Of a stretch of DNA of 64,000 nt, positions 61,859 through 64,000 are shown piece by piece (position 1 is the stretch's first letter; each line of letters opens with the position of its first letter). The translations under genes and the position numbers were made by a program. The stretch is from contig JAYQPI010000002.1 in assembly GCA_038145245.1 (NCBI GenBank), positions 10,385-74,384 of the forward strand. Direction: 5' to 3'. Source of the stretch: Candidatus Fonsibacter sp. GTDB lineage: Bacteria > Pseudomonadota > Alphaproteobacteria > Pelagibacterales > Pelagibacteraceae. The notes below the pieces were generated by a model that was given only the letters and a program-made list of their open reading frames with translations, was not told where the DNA came from and ran no database searches.

Positions 61859-63256
61859 TTAAAAGTGAATTGCTCTCTTATCAACTGCTAACGCAGCCTC
61901 TTTAATTGCTTCCGCCAAAGTAGGATGTGCGTGACATGTTCTTGCTATATCTTCTGCGCTAGCGCCAAATTCCATGGCTAAGGCCATTTCTGCAATCATA
62001 TTACCAACATCTGGACCGATCATATGCACACCTAAAACTCTATCTGTTTTTTCATCAGATAAAATCTTTACAAATCCATCACCTTCATCATTAACTTTCG
62101 CTCTCGCATTAGCTGCAAAAGGAAATTTACCAATTTTGTAAGATATTTTTTGCTCTTTTAGTTGTTCCTCTGTTTTGCCAACAGATGCAACTTCTGGAGA
62201 AGTATATACCACTCCAGGAATAACATCATAATTTACATGGCCAAATCTTCCGCTTAATAACTCTGCAACTGCGATACCTTCCTCTTCAGCTTTATGAGCT
62301 AGCATTGGACCAACAATGACATCTCCAATTGCATATACGTTATCTAGATTAGTTTTAAATTTATGATCTGTCTCAACTCTTCCTTTTGAATCTAGCTTAA
62401 CTCCAATCTTATCAAGATTTAATCCGGTAGTATTAGGCTTTCTTCCAACTGACATTAAAACGATATCACAATCAATGTCGCTCTTGGCACCATTCTTCTC
62501 AACTGTAACTATTGCACCATTTTTATTTTTTTTAACATTAACTACTTTTGTTGATAAATTAAATTGCATTCCTTGTTTTTGTAATATTTTTAAAAAAGCA
62601 TCCGATACTTCTCTATCCATTCCTGGAGTAATGTAATCTAGAAATTCCACTACCTGAACCTCCGATCCTAATCTTAGCCAAACAGAGCCCATTTCGAGTC
62701 CAATGTAACCTGCTCCAATAACTACAAGTTTTTTAGGAACAGAAGTTAAATTTAACGCACCCGTTGAGGATACTATTATTTTTTCATCAATTTCTATATT
62801 TGGAAGAGAAATTGGAACAGAACCAGTTGCTATAATGACATTTTTAAATTTATAATCTTTTTGATTATTGCTCTGGTCAGTAACTAAAATTGTATTTTTA
62901 TCTTTAAAAGATGCAAAGCCTTTAATGTAAGTAACTTTATTTTTTTTAAATAAGAACTCTATTCCTTTGGTAAGTCCTTCTACACCTTTTGCTTTATGAC
63001 TCATCATTTTTGCAAGATCTAAGGATGGCTCATTGATGTTAATCCCTATATTTTTAAATTCTGATTTTGCTTTTCTATAAAGATCTGATGAATGTAATAA
63101 AGCTTTAGAAGGTATACATCCAACATTAAGACAAGTGCCGCCTAAGGTTCCTCTAGACTCAACGCACGCAGTTTTTAAGCCTAGTTGGGCGGCTCTAATT
63201 GCTGCAACATATCCTCCTGGGCCACCTCCTATAACTAAAAAATCAAATTCTTCCAT
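61859..63256 (-). CDS. lpdA: Dihydrolipoyl dehydrogenase
   Basis: GGGPGGY, GGTCLNVGCIPSK, MLAHKAEEEG, HAHPTLAE. Confidence 0.97.
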   Translation of the reverse strand: MEEFDFLVIGGGPGGYVAAIRAAQLGLKTACVESRGTLGGTCLNVGCIPSKALLHSSDLYRKAKSEFKNIGININEPSLDLAKMMSHKAKGVEGLTKGIEFLFKKNKVTYIKGFASFKDKNTILVTDQSNNQKDYKFKNVIIATGSVPISLPNIEIDEKIIVSSTGALNLTSVPKKLVVIGAGYIGLEMGSVWLRLGSEVQVVEFLDYITPGMDREVSDAFLKILQKQGMQFNLSTKVVNVKKNKNGAIVTVEKNGAKSDIDCDIVLMSVGRKPNTTGLNLDKIGVKLDSKGRVETDHKFKTNLDNVYAIGDVIVGPMLAHKAEEEGIAVAELLSGRFGHVNYDVIPGVVYTSPEVASVGKTEEQLKEQKISYKIGKFPFAANARAKVNDEGDGFVKILSDEKTDRVLGVHMIGPDVGNMIAEMALAMEFGASAEDIARTCHAHPTLAEAIKEAALAVDKRAIHF

Positions 63257-63259
63257 GAA

Positions 63260-64000
63260 TTATAAATTTAAAAAAAGCCTTCTTGGATCTTCTAAATATT
63301 CTTTAACTCTAACTAAAAAGGATACAGCATCTTTACCATCAATAATTCTATGATCATAAGATAAGGCCAGATACATTATCGGTCTAACCTCAATTTTCCC
63401 TTCAACAACTACCGCTCGCTGAACAATATTATGCATGCCCAACACTCCTGATTGTGGAGGATTTAGGATCGGCGTAGATAACATTGATCCATAAATCCCG
63501 CCATTGGTAATCGTAAAAGTTCCACCCTGTAGTTCCTCAATAGACAATTGTCCAGTTTTTGCTTTTTCACCTAAAGCAATTATTTGCTTTTCAATATCTG
63601 CAAAAGATAATTCATCTGCATCTCTAACTACTGGTACGACCAATCCTTTTTCCGTTCCAACAGCAACACCAATATTATAGTAATTTTTATAAACAATTTC
63701 ATCTTGTTGAATTTCTGCATTAATAATTGGAAAAGCTTTTAAAGCTTCAACACAAGATCTTACAAAGAAAGACATAAAGCCCAATTTGACTCCATATCTT
63801 TTTTGGAAGCCATCTTTATATTCAGCTCTCATTTCAATAATTCTCGACATATCAATTTCATTAAATGTCGTAAGCATAGCTGCATTATTTTGAGCTTCTT
63901 TTAATCTTTTAGCGATTGTTGCTCTTAATCGAGTCATTTTGACTCTTTCTTCATCACCTTTTGTAGCTCTTGCTGATGAAGGAGCAGAAGGTAAACCCAT
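63260..64000 (-). CDS. sucB: 2-oxoglutarate dehydrogenase E2 (5' part outside window)
   Basis: [43 protein letters not shown]. Confidence 0.95.
   Translation of the reverse strand: MGLPSAPSSARATKGDEERVKMTRLRATIAKRLKEAQNNAAMLTTFNEIDMSRIIEMRAEYKDGFQKRYGVKLGFMSFFVRSCVEALKAFPIINAEIQQDEIVYKNYYNIGVAVGTEKGLVVPVVRDADELSFADIEKQIIALGEKAKTGQLSIEELQGGTFTITNGGIYGSMLSTPILNPPQSGVLGMHNIVQRAVVVEGKIEVRPIMYLALSYDHRIIDGKDAVSFLVRVKEYLEDPRRLFLNL

Overview
Very AT-rich, densely packed chromosomal segment of a streamlined alphaproteobacterium. Gene content, tiny spacers and gene order fit Pelagibacterales (SAR11); a freshwater or brackish subclade is only an inference. It is mostly core genes: gcrA, phoR-pstSCAB-phoU-phoB, rpmH-rnpA-yidD-yidC-argB-dapD-dapE, def-fmt-truA, ffs-dnaX-ybaB-recR, kdsB-pheA, carD, argH-lysA, hisC-tyrC, rplU-rpmA-obgE-proBA-nadD-rsfS-rlmH-ctpA-rppH, atpHAGDC, priA, tal and sucB-lpdA. 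RNA features are three tRNAs, SRP RNA and a SAM-II riboswitch. I saw no transposase, integrase, prophage or CRISPR array. The best leads lie outside the ORF track or in sub-gene detail: (1) two NrdR-like palindromes 31 bp apart plus a perfect DnaA box upstream of gcrA; (2) a CarD with a Lys-rich, AT-hook-like N-terminal extension converging on an unannotated 31-aa protamine-like gene with a GANTC-rich upstream region; (3) a SAM-II riboswitch directly ahead of metW with no metX; (4) a pstSCAB cassette that looks foreign inside an alphaproteobacterial pho locus; (5) a candidate -1 frameshift site in dnaX. All calls come from reading the sequence; no searches were run.
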